From positions 256,001 through 320,000 of the forward strand of contig CAVXZB010000084.1 in NCBI GenBank assembly GCA_963765895.1: DNA of 64,000 nucleotides. Reading direction: 5' to 3'. Made by a program: the position numbers and the translations under genes. This document shows, one piece after another, positions 45,528 through 56,311 of the stretch. Source of the stretch: an uncultured Nitrososphaeraceae archaeon. GTDB lineage: Archaea > Thermoproteota > Nitrososphaeria > Nitrososphaerales > Nitrososphaeraceae. The first letter of the stretch is position 1. Every line of letters starts with the position of its first letter. Below the pieces are notes generated by a model that did no database searches, had not been told where the DNA came from, and was given only the letters and a program-made list of their open reading frames with translations.

Positions 45528-46355
45528 ATGGAATGGGGATGGAGAAAAAGTGGCTCTCGGCGGAATGAGTTAAGAAAGCTTGATCTGGATAATATAGCTA
45601 ACGTTACCCTCTTTATTGCAGTGTTTATAGGAATATGGCAAATAGTATTTTTATTCAACGTGTGGCCTAAGGTGGCATTACCTTCTCCGGCAATGGTTTC
45701 AAGCTCGTTTGAAGGACTAATACAGGATAGGACTCTCATCGATGGTATAGCAGTTACAATGTATCGGCTTATTATTGGATTCTCGATATCAATCATCATT
45801 GGCATTGTAATTGGATTGGCCATGGTAAAATTCTCAGGTTTCGGAAAAACAATGAGTTCGTTTGCGGTTGGACTGCAATCTTTTCCAAGTGTGGCATGGG
45901 TGCCATTTGCAATTCTGTTAATTGGGTTAAATGATTTTGGTATATTATTCGTAGTTATAATGAGTTCGGTTTTTTCCGTCATGATGTCTACCTACAGTGG
46001 AGTACGCAATATACCGCATATTTACATACGCGCTGCCAGAAATATGGGGGCAAAGGGTTTTTCACTTTTCTGGTATCTTATGATTCCAGCAGCTACTCCT
46101 TCTTTGCTCATTGGTTTAAAACAAGCGTGGTCTTTTGCCTGGCATGCATTAATAGGAGCTGAAATACTTATAGCAGCATCTGTGGGCTTAGGCCACGTGC
46201 TCTTAGTTGGCAGAGAATTTCAGCTAATGGATCAAATAATTGCCTCAATGATTACGATATTTGTTATCGGATTAATATTTGACCGACTCCTATTTTCTAA
46301 ATTGGAAGACAGAGTAAGAGAAAAATGGGGATTGAATCAGACTACAGAACATTAA
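45528..46355 (+). CDS. ABC transporter permease, nitrate/sulfonate/taurine family
   Basis: LPSP..V, LQSFPSVAWVP, EAA-like RAARNMGA, AW..LIGAE. Confidence 0.88.
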   Translation: MEWGWRKSGSRRNELRKLDLDNIANVTLFIAVFIGIWQIVFLFNVWPKVALPSPAMVSSSFEGLIQDRTLIDGIAVTMYRLIIGFSISIIIGIVIGLAMVKFSGFGKTMSSFAVGLQSFPSVAWVPFAILLIGLNDFGILFVVIMSSVFSVMMSTYSGVRNIPHIYIRAARNMGAKGFSLFWYLMIPAATPSLLIGLKQAWSFAWHALIGAEILIAASVGLGHVLLVGREFQLMDQIIASMITIFVIGLIFDRLLFSKLEDRVREKWGLNQTTEH

Positions 46356-46578
46356 CATATGCTTCAAAAAAGCATTGTAGTCCTATATAAGAATCAAATG
46401 ACTGTGGATATGATATTTTACCTTCATGATAGCACATAGATGCTGTTGAAAATTGACTAGGGAAGGAAATTCTTGCAAAAATAAACTTGTACATTCATTA
46501 CACAAGAATGGAGAAAATCTTTTGGATGTTCTAATTATCGTAGCATTAATAAGCTTTTATACAGACAGAATAATAGTC

Positions 46579-46755
46579 ATGCGTCTATTCAATCGAAAGC
46601 AGGAAGGTAAGCAAGACCAAGAGACTGAACTTAAAGGTAAACCAGTTAAATGCAAGGAATGCGGCATGCAATTTGAAAGTAAAGAGAGACTCAAGGTACA
46701 TTCTAAGAAGGCTCATTCAGGAAGGGGAGAAAGGAAGAAAAAAACTGGGGCATAA
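46579..46755 (+). CDS. Small C2H2 zinc-finger protein (58 aa)
   Basis: KCKECGMQFESKERLKVHSKKAH; ATG at 46579. Confidence 0.8.
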   Translation: MRLFNRKQEGKQDQETELKGKPVKCKECGMQFESKERLKVHSKKAHSGRGERKKKTGA

Positions 46756-47822
46756 TGCATACTATTAACGAGGTACGAGATTTGCAGAGTTGAATTAAAA
46801 TCCTAATCACTATGTTGTGACGAGCTCGCTACAGCATGTAGACTTGAACAGCTTGGAGATGACAGTGGCATAAGGCCAGCAGATATGTTGGCATAGCTGT
46901 ATTCATTAATTAGAGTATTAAAAAATTTTTTTATGGAATAGATACCATGGTGGTATATTGTAATTGATTTTCTTGGAAATACAAAATGGTTCTGAATGTG
47001 AGCACTAATATAATGAGGCATAGTTACCCAGTCTCAAAATGGTAATCGAGTTTCGAGAATAGATGACATGAACGCCTCCTATAGTTCAGAATCTACATTC
47101 TCTTCGTCTATTTGCGACAGATGCAAAAGCAACAAAAATGATCTCCACTATATTTTATTTAGACAGTTTGCACAGGCATCTCATCAACAGTATAATGAAT
47201 GGTACATTGTCAAAGAATGCACAATAGGCATAACAGTTGTTATTCGTTTCTAATTGAGATTTAATAGGGCAGCTACTGAGGAAATCATTCTTTTACGAAT
47301 TCCATCTATGGATTATCCAATGATAAGATTTAACTACATTGCATTGAGTTTGGAAGCCATTTTCCAATCTGGCCTACTCCCCATTGTTTTTTGTCTTCCA
47401 TGATATACATTTAGGTTAATACCGCTAATTCGATCCATCGGTCAAACTTTGGCAATCAATACAGATGACACAGACAGAACGTAATATGCGATCCAGATCA
47501 TATTAAATAGTATAACTAGTACAAGAATTCACAACGACCAATCACACTACCAATATAATCTATTTCTAGCATTAATTAACTGGGCTATCATTTGGTACTA
47601 ATGATAACATTGTCGCTTCTAGCAATAGCAACTATCATTAGCAACGATTAGTTCACAGGACAGATCTACCGACAATGGCAAAAAATGATTAATATAATAT
47701 AATGCGATGCTATGTACTTATTCATACCTTTATAGTTCGTTATAGCAGTAAGTGCCTCTGGTGGAAAATACGGTGAAACGATCATGCGAGAAAAGCTATA
47801 TGTACAAAGCAATAGATACAAC

Positions 47823-48014
47823 TTATCCTCTTATTGGTACATACGGCAATGGTATTCCCCATGTATCTTTCCACTTAAAGTTGCAGCCATGACAGACAAC
47901 AACCTGAATTGCATGACCATTTATAACTTGATATCTTTCAAGACTCAAGCACTCGCAATTACATTTTGGGCAAGAGTATTGATGTTCATCTTGTTCCGTA
48001 TTCCAATCCTCCAT
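47823..48014 (-). CDS. Small Zn-ribbon protein
   Basis: MEDWNTEQDEHQYSCPKC...VCHGCNFKWKDTW. Confidence 0.65.
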   Translation of the reverse strand: MEDWNTEQDEHQYSCPKCNCECLSLERYQVINGHAIQVVVCHGCNFKWKDTWGIPLPYVPIRG

Positions 48015-48774
48015 ATAGTTACCTGATTCTCTTTTTTCAACCAACACGCAATTCAGTATTATCGATTCAATATATTCACTATTCGAAGCTAAGTCTAATG
48101 CGTATCGATAAATAATTAATTCCATAAAATATACTCTTTATTAACTTACTGTACTATAATGAATTAACTTTGTTTAGACATTTCGTCAAGATGTACTAGT
48201 TGAAATTGAAGGCCTCATTTATCATACAAAAGTCGATAAATCCGTTATTTTAGACAACGTTCACCACGGTAATGATCTTTAATATTCTGAAAAATTCGAT
48301 GCTCTGCGGTTATACATTTCGATAATGTGACTAGTAAACTGAAGAAAAGACACAGATAGATAATTGCTCTAACTATATGTTATCCAATTTTATGTAGATC
48401 GTATGGTGACAACTTTCATCTTTTTCGAATAGCTTTGGCCTACATACAATGATCCTTGTGTTAAGTTATGGCATGATATCTTTTGAAGGCCGTGAACCCT
48501 TCTGATACCTTTGAAATATGAAATAGTTCAATTAAGTAATACAATATTTTTACGAAATTTCCCCAGCCTTTAATTATTATCTTCAAGGCGACTGCGCATC
48601 TTCAGCTAGAGATTTACCACTACGGGGCTGAGAAAAAATATCCAGAATTATTATGACTAAATGGCAAAAAACATGTTATATGATCTTGAGAACTCAAATC
48701 ATCTATCCCTTGTCTAGAACTCTCTCCTTCTTCTGGAGAATATATTGGATTAAAGCGAATTAAGGTCTCTTTGG

Positions 48775-49053
48775 TTACGTGATATTCTTGTTATCTGATT
48801 TACTTTTCTTGTCTATCATATCATTCAAAATAGTATATATATGCAGAAAATGCAGTCCCTTATCTGTTGTTCTATAGGTTTGCCCTTGTTTAGAAAATTG
48901 TATCAGTTGCCTATCCAATAGAAGAGAAAGATATTCCTTTAGCTGTTGATGAGAGAGAAATGCACCATACATTATCTTCGTTTTAAGTACAGTACCTTCG
49001 CTGGCAACCTCCAGTATCCTTGCAATGATTTCAGTCCTTGTTCGGTACCTCAT
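48775..49053 (-). CDS. Small winged-helix protein (paralog of 44055-44315)
   Basis: MRYRTRTEIIARIL, KTKIMYGAFLS.QQLKEYL, YRTTDKG. Confidence 0.85.
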   Translation of the reverse strand: MRYRTRTEIIARILEVASEGTVLKTKIMYGAFLSHQQLKEYLSLLLDRQLIQFSKQGQTYRTTDKGLHFLHIYTILNDMIDKKSKSDNKNIT

Positions 49054-49792
49054 GCTGAGACTTTTTATCAATTTATTACACTCAATACGATAATAAAAAG
49101 TAGCGCATTTTTTCTCTATAAAGTATATTGATAATAATGTATTTTCTTCGCACTGTAGAATCATTACTCTGCGTGAGTTTTCAGTTAATCACGCTCTAAC
49201 AAGTCTAAAATCCTTGACATAATCATCTCTGAACTAGAGTAATACTTGAATCGATTCTGGAAAGCATAATCCTTCTTAAACCTGTCCGTCTGTGATTTAT
49301 CTGCATTATAATACACTTTGATCATCCAAACCATCCTATGTACAATGGATGGAAGACTTGGTAACAAAGATAATAAGAGGTTCCAAATATACTACTGAGA
49401 TGTGATTGCGCCTATTTATTCAAGCTAATCTAACTACACAGTTTGGCTTCTTTTCGTGATATTTCTATTACTTAGACAACGGCATATTTTGTAGAGTTCA
49501 TGAATTTAAGAATGTAATAAATGTGATACTCGAGAAGTGATTATGATCGTGCACATCATAATCATGAAGCTTCTAATTCGCTTGTCCGAATTCCTCAATC
49601 TAGGACATAATGCGTCACACGGACTCTATCAATACTCTGCAAAAAAAAATAAGATGTGAAGGAGAGCACCTGATCTCAACTCGGACACTAATGAGCCATT
49701 AATATGTTCTTATCTGCATAGGTCTACTGTGGATTAATTAGAAAGTCGCGCATAAACCTGTACGATATAGGTCAAAAATTACCAACATGGGC

Positions 49793-51082
49793 CTAATATG
49801 CTCTGAACCTCTCTCCCAGGACGTAAGATGCTATCTTAAGTTCCAGAACCTCGTTCGCCCCTTCATAAATAGTAATTGCTCTAGAGTCCAAGAAGTGTCG
49901 TGCGACTCGATTGGTCTTTTTATAAGCAAATGATCCGAAAATCTGAACCGCTCTGTTTGATGCGTTAAACGCAGCATTACTTGCAGAAAACTTCACTAAG
50001 GCAGACAGGTTATCAGCTTCAGCCCTCAATACAGAATATTCTCTATTATTTCTAGTCATTTTTAATTGCCATCGATCATCTCTCATCTTTAAACCTTCGA
50101 TATAGTTTTGGAGTTTTTGTCTGACAAACGCAGCCCGGTATATTAGCCATCTAGACTTTTCTATATTCAAAATTATTTTCGCAATATGTTGTTGGATTAA
50201 TTGCTTTTTTGCTAAAAGTGAACCATGTTGGACCCTTGTCTTGGCGTGAGACACAGATTCGTTCAGACAGTCTTTCATTACACCTATTGCGCCGGCTGCT
50301 ACACTAAGCCGTCCATCGATGAGTGCACTGTAGGCGATATTTAGACCCTGACCTTTTTGACCAAGCAAATTTGTTTTTGGAATAATGCAATTATGGAACG
50401 AAATCTCGGCATTTTTCACAGTCAACATTCCGATCTTATTTTTCATTTCTCTTATATTGATGCCCTGGGAATCAGTGTCAACAAGGAATGCTGATATATT
50501 CTTGCTGTTATTGCCAGTTCCTCCGATTTCCCTTGCATAAGTAGTGAGTAAATCCGCAACGCTTCCATTCCCTATCCAGTGTTTTTTTCCGTTTATAACA
50601 AAATGATCACCTTTATCTTCAAAACTGGTAGTGATAGAAGATGGATCACTTCCGGCGTTAGGCTCCGTAAGTGCAAATGCCATTATGTTTTTGCCCGTAG
50701 TAGTACATGGTAAATATCGCTTTTGTTGTTCATGGTTCCCCCATGTCTGAAGAATCATCTCACCAATTGAGATATGCGCCGAGAAAAAAGTTCTTAATGA
50801 ATTCCCTTCTTCACCTAATCTTTCTATTGCGAGAAGGTAGGTGAGAATGTCATATCCTAGTCCCCCATATTTTCTAGATATAGGGCATCCCAGCATGCCA
50901 ACTTTATTGAATTCAGAAATTATTTTCTTGTTAAATATTTCTTTCAAGTAACATTGTTCTTCAAATGGACGAATTATTTTGCATATCTCGTCAACTTCCT
51001 TTAAGAAACGTTCTTGTTTCCTTGAGGTTTCGAAATTCATAATAGATAAATTGGAATAATTCCTCATCGATTTACTTATCAA
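49793..51082 (-). CDS. Acyl-CoA dehydrogenase
   Basis: AFALTEPNAGSD, INGKKHWIGNG, GRLSVAAGA, R.Q.G, AVQIFG, IYEGANEV. Confidence 0.93.
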   Translation of the reverse strand: MISKSMRNYSNLSIMNFETSRKQERFLKEVDEICKIIRPFEEQCYLKEIFNKKIISEFNKVGMLGCPISRKYGGLGYDILTYLLAIERLGEEGNSLRTFFSAHISIGEMILQTWGNHEQQKRYLPCTTTGKNIMAFALTEPNAGSDPSSITTSFEDKGDHFVINGKKHWIGNGSVADLLTTYAREIGGTGNNSKNISAFLVDTDSQGINIREMKNKIGMLTVKNAEISFHNCIIPKTNLLGQKGQGLNIAYSALIDGRLSVAAGAIGVMKDCLNESVSHAKTRVQHGSLLAKKQLIQQHIAKIILNIEKSRWLIYRAAFVRQKLQNYIEGLKMRDDRWQLKMTRNNREYSVLRAEADNLSALVKFSASNAAFNASNRAVQIFGSFAYKKTNRVARHFLDSRAITIYEGANEVLELKIASYVLGERFRAY

Positions 51083-51362
51083 GAAGTCTATTAAAGCTTG
51101 CTATGTCGTTTTAGGTCGTTTGATTGGTGTCCCTTTTAGTAATTAATCCTAACTTCCATCCGTCTCACCTTTTGAGACGCACTTGCACATAGCAACTTCA
51201 CTCTAGACAGCAATTAAGTAGCACTGTGGCTTCATTCCCACATGAGAATGTCCAGATAAACAGTAGTGGTATAAAAAGTAAAATAGTTATTATATATCGG
51301 TGTTATACAAACGGCATAGGGTTTAAATACTTTCGATATGAAACGACATTCAGTGAAAAAAG

Positions 51363-51656
51363 ATGCCAGTCGCAATAATTCCAGATATTAGCGAACAACA
51401 CTGTATAGGCTGTGCGCTCTGCGTTGAGATTTGCACTGCTCTTGGTCCAGATGTTCTTAGAGTGAAACCTGTAGAAGGATGGAAGAGGGGTAAAGCCTTT
51501 GTATTTTATCCAGAGAGGTGTATTTCTGATGGTGCCTGCATCGGAGTTTGTCCAACAAAGGCAATATTTTGGATGAGGCCAATGGATTACACACCGGGGC
51601 AGCCAATTCCATTGAAGAAGAATGCGGTATTTGTCAAGGGCTGGGAAGAGGGTTAA
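51363..51656 (+). CDS. 4Fe-4S dicluster ferredoxin
   Basis: CIGCALCVEIC and CISDGACIGVCP; TATA TTTAAATA upstream. Confidence 0.93.
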   Translation: MPVAIIPDISEQHCIGCALCVEICTALGPDVLRVKPVEGWKRGKAFVFYPERCISDGACIGVCPTKAIFWMRPMDYTPGQPIPLKKNAVFVKGWEEG

Positions 51657-51928
51657 TTAGTTTAGCCCCTTTAAAGTCCTAAATCTCTTTTTTTGATACA
51701 AATTCTATAAATTACTTATTAGGTTTATAGTCTAATTAATGGCGCATTTATTTTTATTCTCTAACGCATTAATTCATTCGTTGAACCTTAGATCTGTCTA
51801 GACAATATCATTTCAGAAGGTGATAATACAATGCCCCCTCATGGATTTTCTGATTACCAATCCTAATGCGGAGGCCAAAATCAGAGTGAAGTCTGAATTG
51901 GGAGCCTATAATAATTTTGAGCATAATT

Positions 51929-51954
51929 GATAAAGATAAAGATAAAGATAAAGA
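51929..51954. repeat. Hexanucleotide microsatellite (GATAAA)x4
   Basis: GATAAAGATAAAGATAAAGATAAAGA in an intergenic region. Confidence 0.8.
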
Positions 51955-52157
51955 CATGTCACTTGCCTGCATTAATTAGGTTAATACTTTGAAAGCGTAT
52001 ATTAACAACTGGATAGAAAGATATGAAATTTTGGCCAAATTCACGAGTTTATAAATACAATAACTATGATAAATTCACAAATCATTCTCGTCATAATTTT
52101 GACAAATGATAGATGTTCACAATAACTTAATTTACACATATCATAATAACTGTTATA

Positions 52158-52838
52158 ATGCAGCTCATAAAAAAGCTGGAAATAAAGTCAAGGAAGAAAA
52201 TTATTGAATTTCTCAACGAGCAACCGGTTGGCAGGATAGCTTCTATCGATAAAAATGGTTATCCACAAATTATACCGATGAATTTTGTGTATTCATCTAT
52301 AGAGGGTGCCACGAGTGATATGAACAACAAAATAAGTAGAGACGCCGTTTATATGCATTCTCATCGGTCTGGAGAAAAGCTTGACAATATTCGAGTAAAC
52401 CCTAAAGTAGGGTTCGAAGTTGATCAACATATATGCTTTTTGCCCTCTTATTATTTTCATCCCCACGATGCTTCACAGGCTGACACCCTGTATATCAGTG
52501 TAGTCATAAAGGGAGAAGCTGAGATTATTAATGACTGCGAAGAGAAGACCTTTGCATTAAATATGTTAATGCAAAAATACCAAAATAGGGACAGATATCA
52601 GGAACTTAACCCATTGATGCCATCTGTACGCGAAGTTGCTGTGGTTAAAATATCACCACACGAAATCCACGGAAAATACAAAATAGGTCAACAATGGACA
52701 CCATCTTACAGGCTAAAAATTGCCAAAGCTATTGTTAATAGGGAGGAAAAATACGAGGTAAAAAAGATTTTGAATATTATGAGGATAGAAATACTATCCG
52801 ATGGAAACCTCAAAATAATCGAGGAACCACTAATGTAG
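52158..52838 (+). CDS. Pyridoxamine 5'-phosphate oxidase-like FMN-binding protein (NimA-like)
   Basis: VGRIA..D..GYP..IPMNF, YMHS...GEK..NI..NP.VGFEV, Y.SVVI.G.A, GKYK.GQ. Confidence 0.85.
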   Translation: MQLIKKLEIKSRKKIIEFLNEQPVGRIASIDKNGYPQIIPMNFVYSSIEGATSDMNNKISRDAVYMHSHRSGEKLDNIRVNPKVGFEVDQHICFLPSYYFHPHDASQADTLYISVVIKGEAEIINDCEEKTFALNMLMQKYQNRDRYQELNPLMPSVREVAVVKISPHEIHGKYKIGQQWTPSYRLKIAKAIVNREEKYEVKKILNIMRIEILSDGNLKIIEEPLM

Positions 52839-52892
52839 TACCCCTTATTACCATACTGTTCAATCAAATCAGTAGTAACTATTATATGTTCA

Positions 52893-53324
52893 TCATTTAT
52901 GCCCACAGATCTGAAAAGTGAACATGGTATATCCTACGATTTTGCCGGAACGCCTATAGGGATAGAAATTGTTTGTATCTTTCGGCATTAGCTCACTTTT
53001 AAGCTGCAAAGCATCAGATTTAGATATTTTAATCATGGCCAAGCGATCATCTAATATATCCTTCCAAGGGATTTCAGAAGATGGAGTCTTGATTCTTACA
53101 ATCATTACAATTATTCTTGCCGGAAACTCCTCGTCTACGATGACCGAATACTCAAAATCGTCCCTTTCACCAAATGGATCTGACACAGTGTATGGATCAA
53201 TCTGTACATATCGTCTCAACTTAGCTCTAATTGAATATGATAGTGCGGTCATTATGACAATATCAGTTGTCCCTAATTTCTTAACCTCTTCGATTGTAGG
53301 AGGCTTCAAGGGTGTTATTAACAC
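52893..53324 (-). CDS. Conserved hypothetical protein
   Basis: 143 aa ORF, ELMPKDTNNFYP.RR motif. Confidence 0.65.
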   Translation of the reverse strand: MLITPLKPPTIEEVKKLGTTDIVIMTALSYSIRAKLRRYVQIDPYTVSDPFGERDDFEYSVIVDEEFPARIIVMIVRIKTPSSEIPWKDILDDRLAMIKISKSDALQLKSELMPKDTNNFYPYRRSGKIVGYTMFTFQICGHK

Positions 53325-53598
53325 AAAATGTTATATTTATTATCATTATATAATTTGATCTCTGACATAAATTCTGATTATTACGCCACATATTTTTCTC
53401 CCCGCATTGGTTAATGCGTCAGAGTTTCGTTAAATATTTCCAATAGTATATCACATTGAAATTATTACAACATAATGCATTCATCTTGCAGCCTAGCATC
53501 CGAGTCTCATAATACAATAGTGTTTTGATGTGGGGCGTATGTAGTAAGCTTGAATGCAATTTTATTTAGGCAGGTATTGCATTTAATAGAGATAATTT

Positions 53599-54432
53599 AT
53601 GATTGAGATCTCTGTAGGGCATACTCCTGATGCAGATGACGCGTTTATGTTTTATGGAATCGTATCAGGTAAAGCTAAAAGTTCAAACTTCAAAATAAAG
53701 CATATAGTAAAAGACATAGAGACACTAAATGAGGCAGCATTTAGACATGAACTCCATATTACAGCAATTTCTGCACACGCGTATTACTATTTAAGTGATT
53801 ATCAAATACTTCGTACTGGTGGGAGCTTTGGATCAAATTATGGACCTATCGTCCTATCCAAAAAGCAACAAACACAAATCCAATTGAGAGATAGCGTTAT
53901 TGCCATCCCAGGAAAATTGACTACTGCGGCTTTACTCTTGAGACTTGCACTTGGGGGTTCATTCACAGAAAAAGAAATGCGTTTTGAACTTATACCAGAA
54001 GCAATTCAGAATGGGCTAGTAGATGCAGGGCTTGTAATACATGAAGCTCAGATTGCATATGATAAGTCAAAGTTCGAGAAAGTTCTGGATCTCGGATCTT
54101 GGTGGAACACTGAAACTAATGGATTACCTCTTCCTCTTGGAATCAATATAGCCAGTATTAGGCTGATGAATCAACCCCAGATAGAGGCTTTTCAAGATAT
54201 GTTGAGGAATTCAATACTTTACGGTATGAATAATATCGATGAAGCTGTAGATTATGCAATGAGTTATAGCCGAGGGCAATCAAAGGATATGATTACGAAA
54301 TTTGTTAAAATGTACGTAAATGACATAACTATAGATATGGGTAAAAGTGGTAAAAAAGCGCTTACGAGATTATTTGAGAAATCAAGGAGTGCAGGATTGT
54401 TGCAATCAGAGACTAGACTGAATTTTACATGA
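53599..54432 (+). CDS. mqnD: 1,4-dihydroxy-6-naphthoate synthase (futalosine pathway)
   Basis: GHTPDADDAFMFY, DIE.LN, SFG..YGP, PG..TTA, GLVIHE, LPLPLG, MYVN. Confidence 0.9.
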   Translation: MIEISVGHTPDADDAFMFYGIVSGKAKSSNFKIKHIVKDIETLNEAAFRHELHITAISAHAYYYLSDYQILRTGGSFGSNYGPIVLSKKQQTQIQLRDSVIAIPGKLTTAALLLRLALGGSFTEKEMRFELIPEAIQNGLVDAGLVIHEAQIAYDKSKFEKVLDLGSWWNTETNGLPLPLGINIASIRLMNQPQIEAFQDMLRNSILYGMNNIDEAVDYAMSYSRGQSKDMITKFVKMYVNDITIDMGKSGKKALTRLFEKSRSAGLLQSETRLNFT

Positions 54433-54604
54433 ATAGATGCTGATACATTGTTAGGTATAGTGCACTTTCACTGTTGCCAGATTTACATCTGCGCCGAAGA
54501 CTATAATACTTGCCAATTTGACATTATACTTTAAACAGAGTTAGCATCAACCCCCTCTATATCCAAAGCTGACTTATAATGCTGGAGGGGACAATAGCAG
54601 TATT

Positions 54605-54850
54605 CTAAAAATCGAAAACCGATAATTTATCACTAGGAATTTTCAGATGAAGCTGATGTTCGCTGAAAGAATCAACTTTTGACTTTGGTATCATGTACAT
54701 GCGTAACTTCACGATACTACCATCAATTACAATCAAGTTGTCTTTATACTCTGCCATAACATTTCCACAAAATGTTTGGTCGCTAGTCTTTACTGGTCTT
54801 TTCGTTTGTACCATCTCATCCCAATCCAAAGGTGGCGGTACAATCTCCAT
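54605..54850 (-). CDS. Small hypothetical protein (PRC-barrel-like)
   Basis: VKTSD...GNV, Y.IPK..V..F pattern. Confidence 0.6.
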   Translation of the reverse strand: MEIVPPPLDWDEMVQTKRPVKTSDQTFCGNVMAEYKDNLIVIDGSIVKLRMYMIPKSKVDSFSEHQLHLKIPSDKLSVFDF

Positions 54851-55024
54851 TTCTAGAACGATGTGTATATCACTTACTCCTATTTGAACAAAAAAATAGT
54901 CTACTATATAAGAAACTATTAGAAATGATTACTATTTCATTAATACTGGAATATTATAGTTATCTAAATATAGAATACATCGCCCGAGAAATGTTAGAAG
55001 CATTCTGCTAAATGTTGCTAGTTA

Positions 55025-55549
55025 TCAAATGGACATTTTATCTCTAAAAGCTATATCATTGCCTAAAGAAATCATTTGCTCTTCCTTTTCTGATTTTAAT
55101 ACAGTCATTAATTCTGTTTCAAGTATATGAGGTAGCTTTCTGACCTTATTTTCCACAATATCTCTCATCTGTTCTAAATCTTTCGCGCGAATTTTCAGGA
55201 GAAGATCGAATCTTCCATGCATCTCATGGATTTCTAAGACTTCATCAATCATTGATAAATCAGAGATTATACTGTCTGCTGACCCGGGTTCAATATTAAT
55301 TCCCATAAATGCAAGATGATCGTAGCCTAGCAGACCATTGTCCACTGAAATGGTAAATTTATTAATTATTCCTGCTGATATCATCCTCCTGACTCTTATA
55401 TGTATAGTAGCGTCTGAAACCCCGATCTGTTTGGCTATATTTACAAAGGGCGTCGAAGAGTCCTTATTCAAAATATCAATTATTTTAAGATTAACATCAT
55501 CGATTAGCCTACGATTACCATCAACGCTATTCAAATCAGCAGCCTGCAA
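55025..55549 (-). CDS. Lrp/AsnC family transcriptional regulator
   Basis: IDD....II.IL..DS.TPF..IA..IGVS..T...RV, G.FDLLLK RAM domain. Confidence 0.92.
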   Translation of the reverse strand: MQAADLNSVDGNRRLIDDVNLKIIDILNKDSSTPFVNIAKQIGVSDATIHIRVRRMISAGIINKFTISVDNGLLGYDHLAFMGINIEPGSADSIISDLSMIDEVLEIHEMHGRFDLLLKIRAKDLEQMRDIVENKVRKLPHILETELMTVLKSEKEEQMISLGNDIAFRDKMSI

Positions 55550-56311
55550 GATAATATCATTTGCAACTATTCAAAGGTGATATAAAATGATTTGGTCTTG
55601 CTATTTGTAAATAAAAGTCAGTTTTAACAATTTATGGGAATTTTAGAGTAATTTGTCCATTTGGACATTATATATTCTGACCGTAACACTATATACCAAA
55701 TATAAATTGAAGGTTCAATTTTCGTTAATTTCTGGAAAATCCGGCTTTTGCACTATCGAGCTTTGGATTTTGTCATTGCGCCTATAAACAAAGATCGGAG
55801 CTACTCCCAGTATCTATTTAATGGAAATACAACAGCGGCCATACTGATGAATTGCATTCGTTTGTATGGCCATAGATAACAATCATGGAAACCTTTGTAG
55901 ATAACATCATCAAAGGTCAACGGGGCGATTTTTTTTATCGGTCTTGTAAATAGGATAGAATTTCTAGTGTTACCTATGATGAATTGGAGCAATACCATAG
56001 GTCGCTCCCAGGCTTACGAGTATAATATTGATTGATATTTCCACAATTCAGTTATACATATGTATCCTGATTGATTGATCTAGTATGTGATGCATGTACA
56101 AGAAGTGAAGGTCAACCTGCTATGCAAACACAAAACTAAGATCTGTTTTCTGATTTGTATACTCAGATTGACGATGGGCTAGATTTTGGTTGATTGAAAG
56201 CCGCGATTAGAATTGGAGTAATGGAAGAGTTTTGTAATTTTGAAATGTATTCCAAAGGCATCTAAAACATATTTAATAGCGCTAGTGTTCAATTAGTATA
56301 GCTAATTATTA

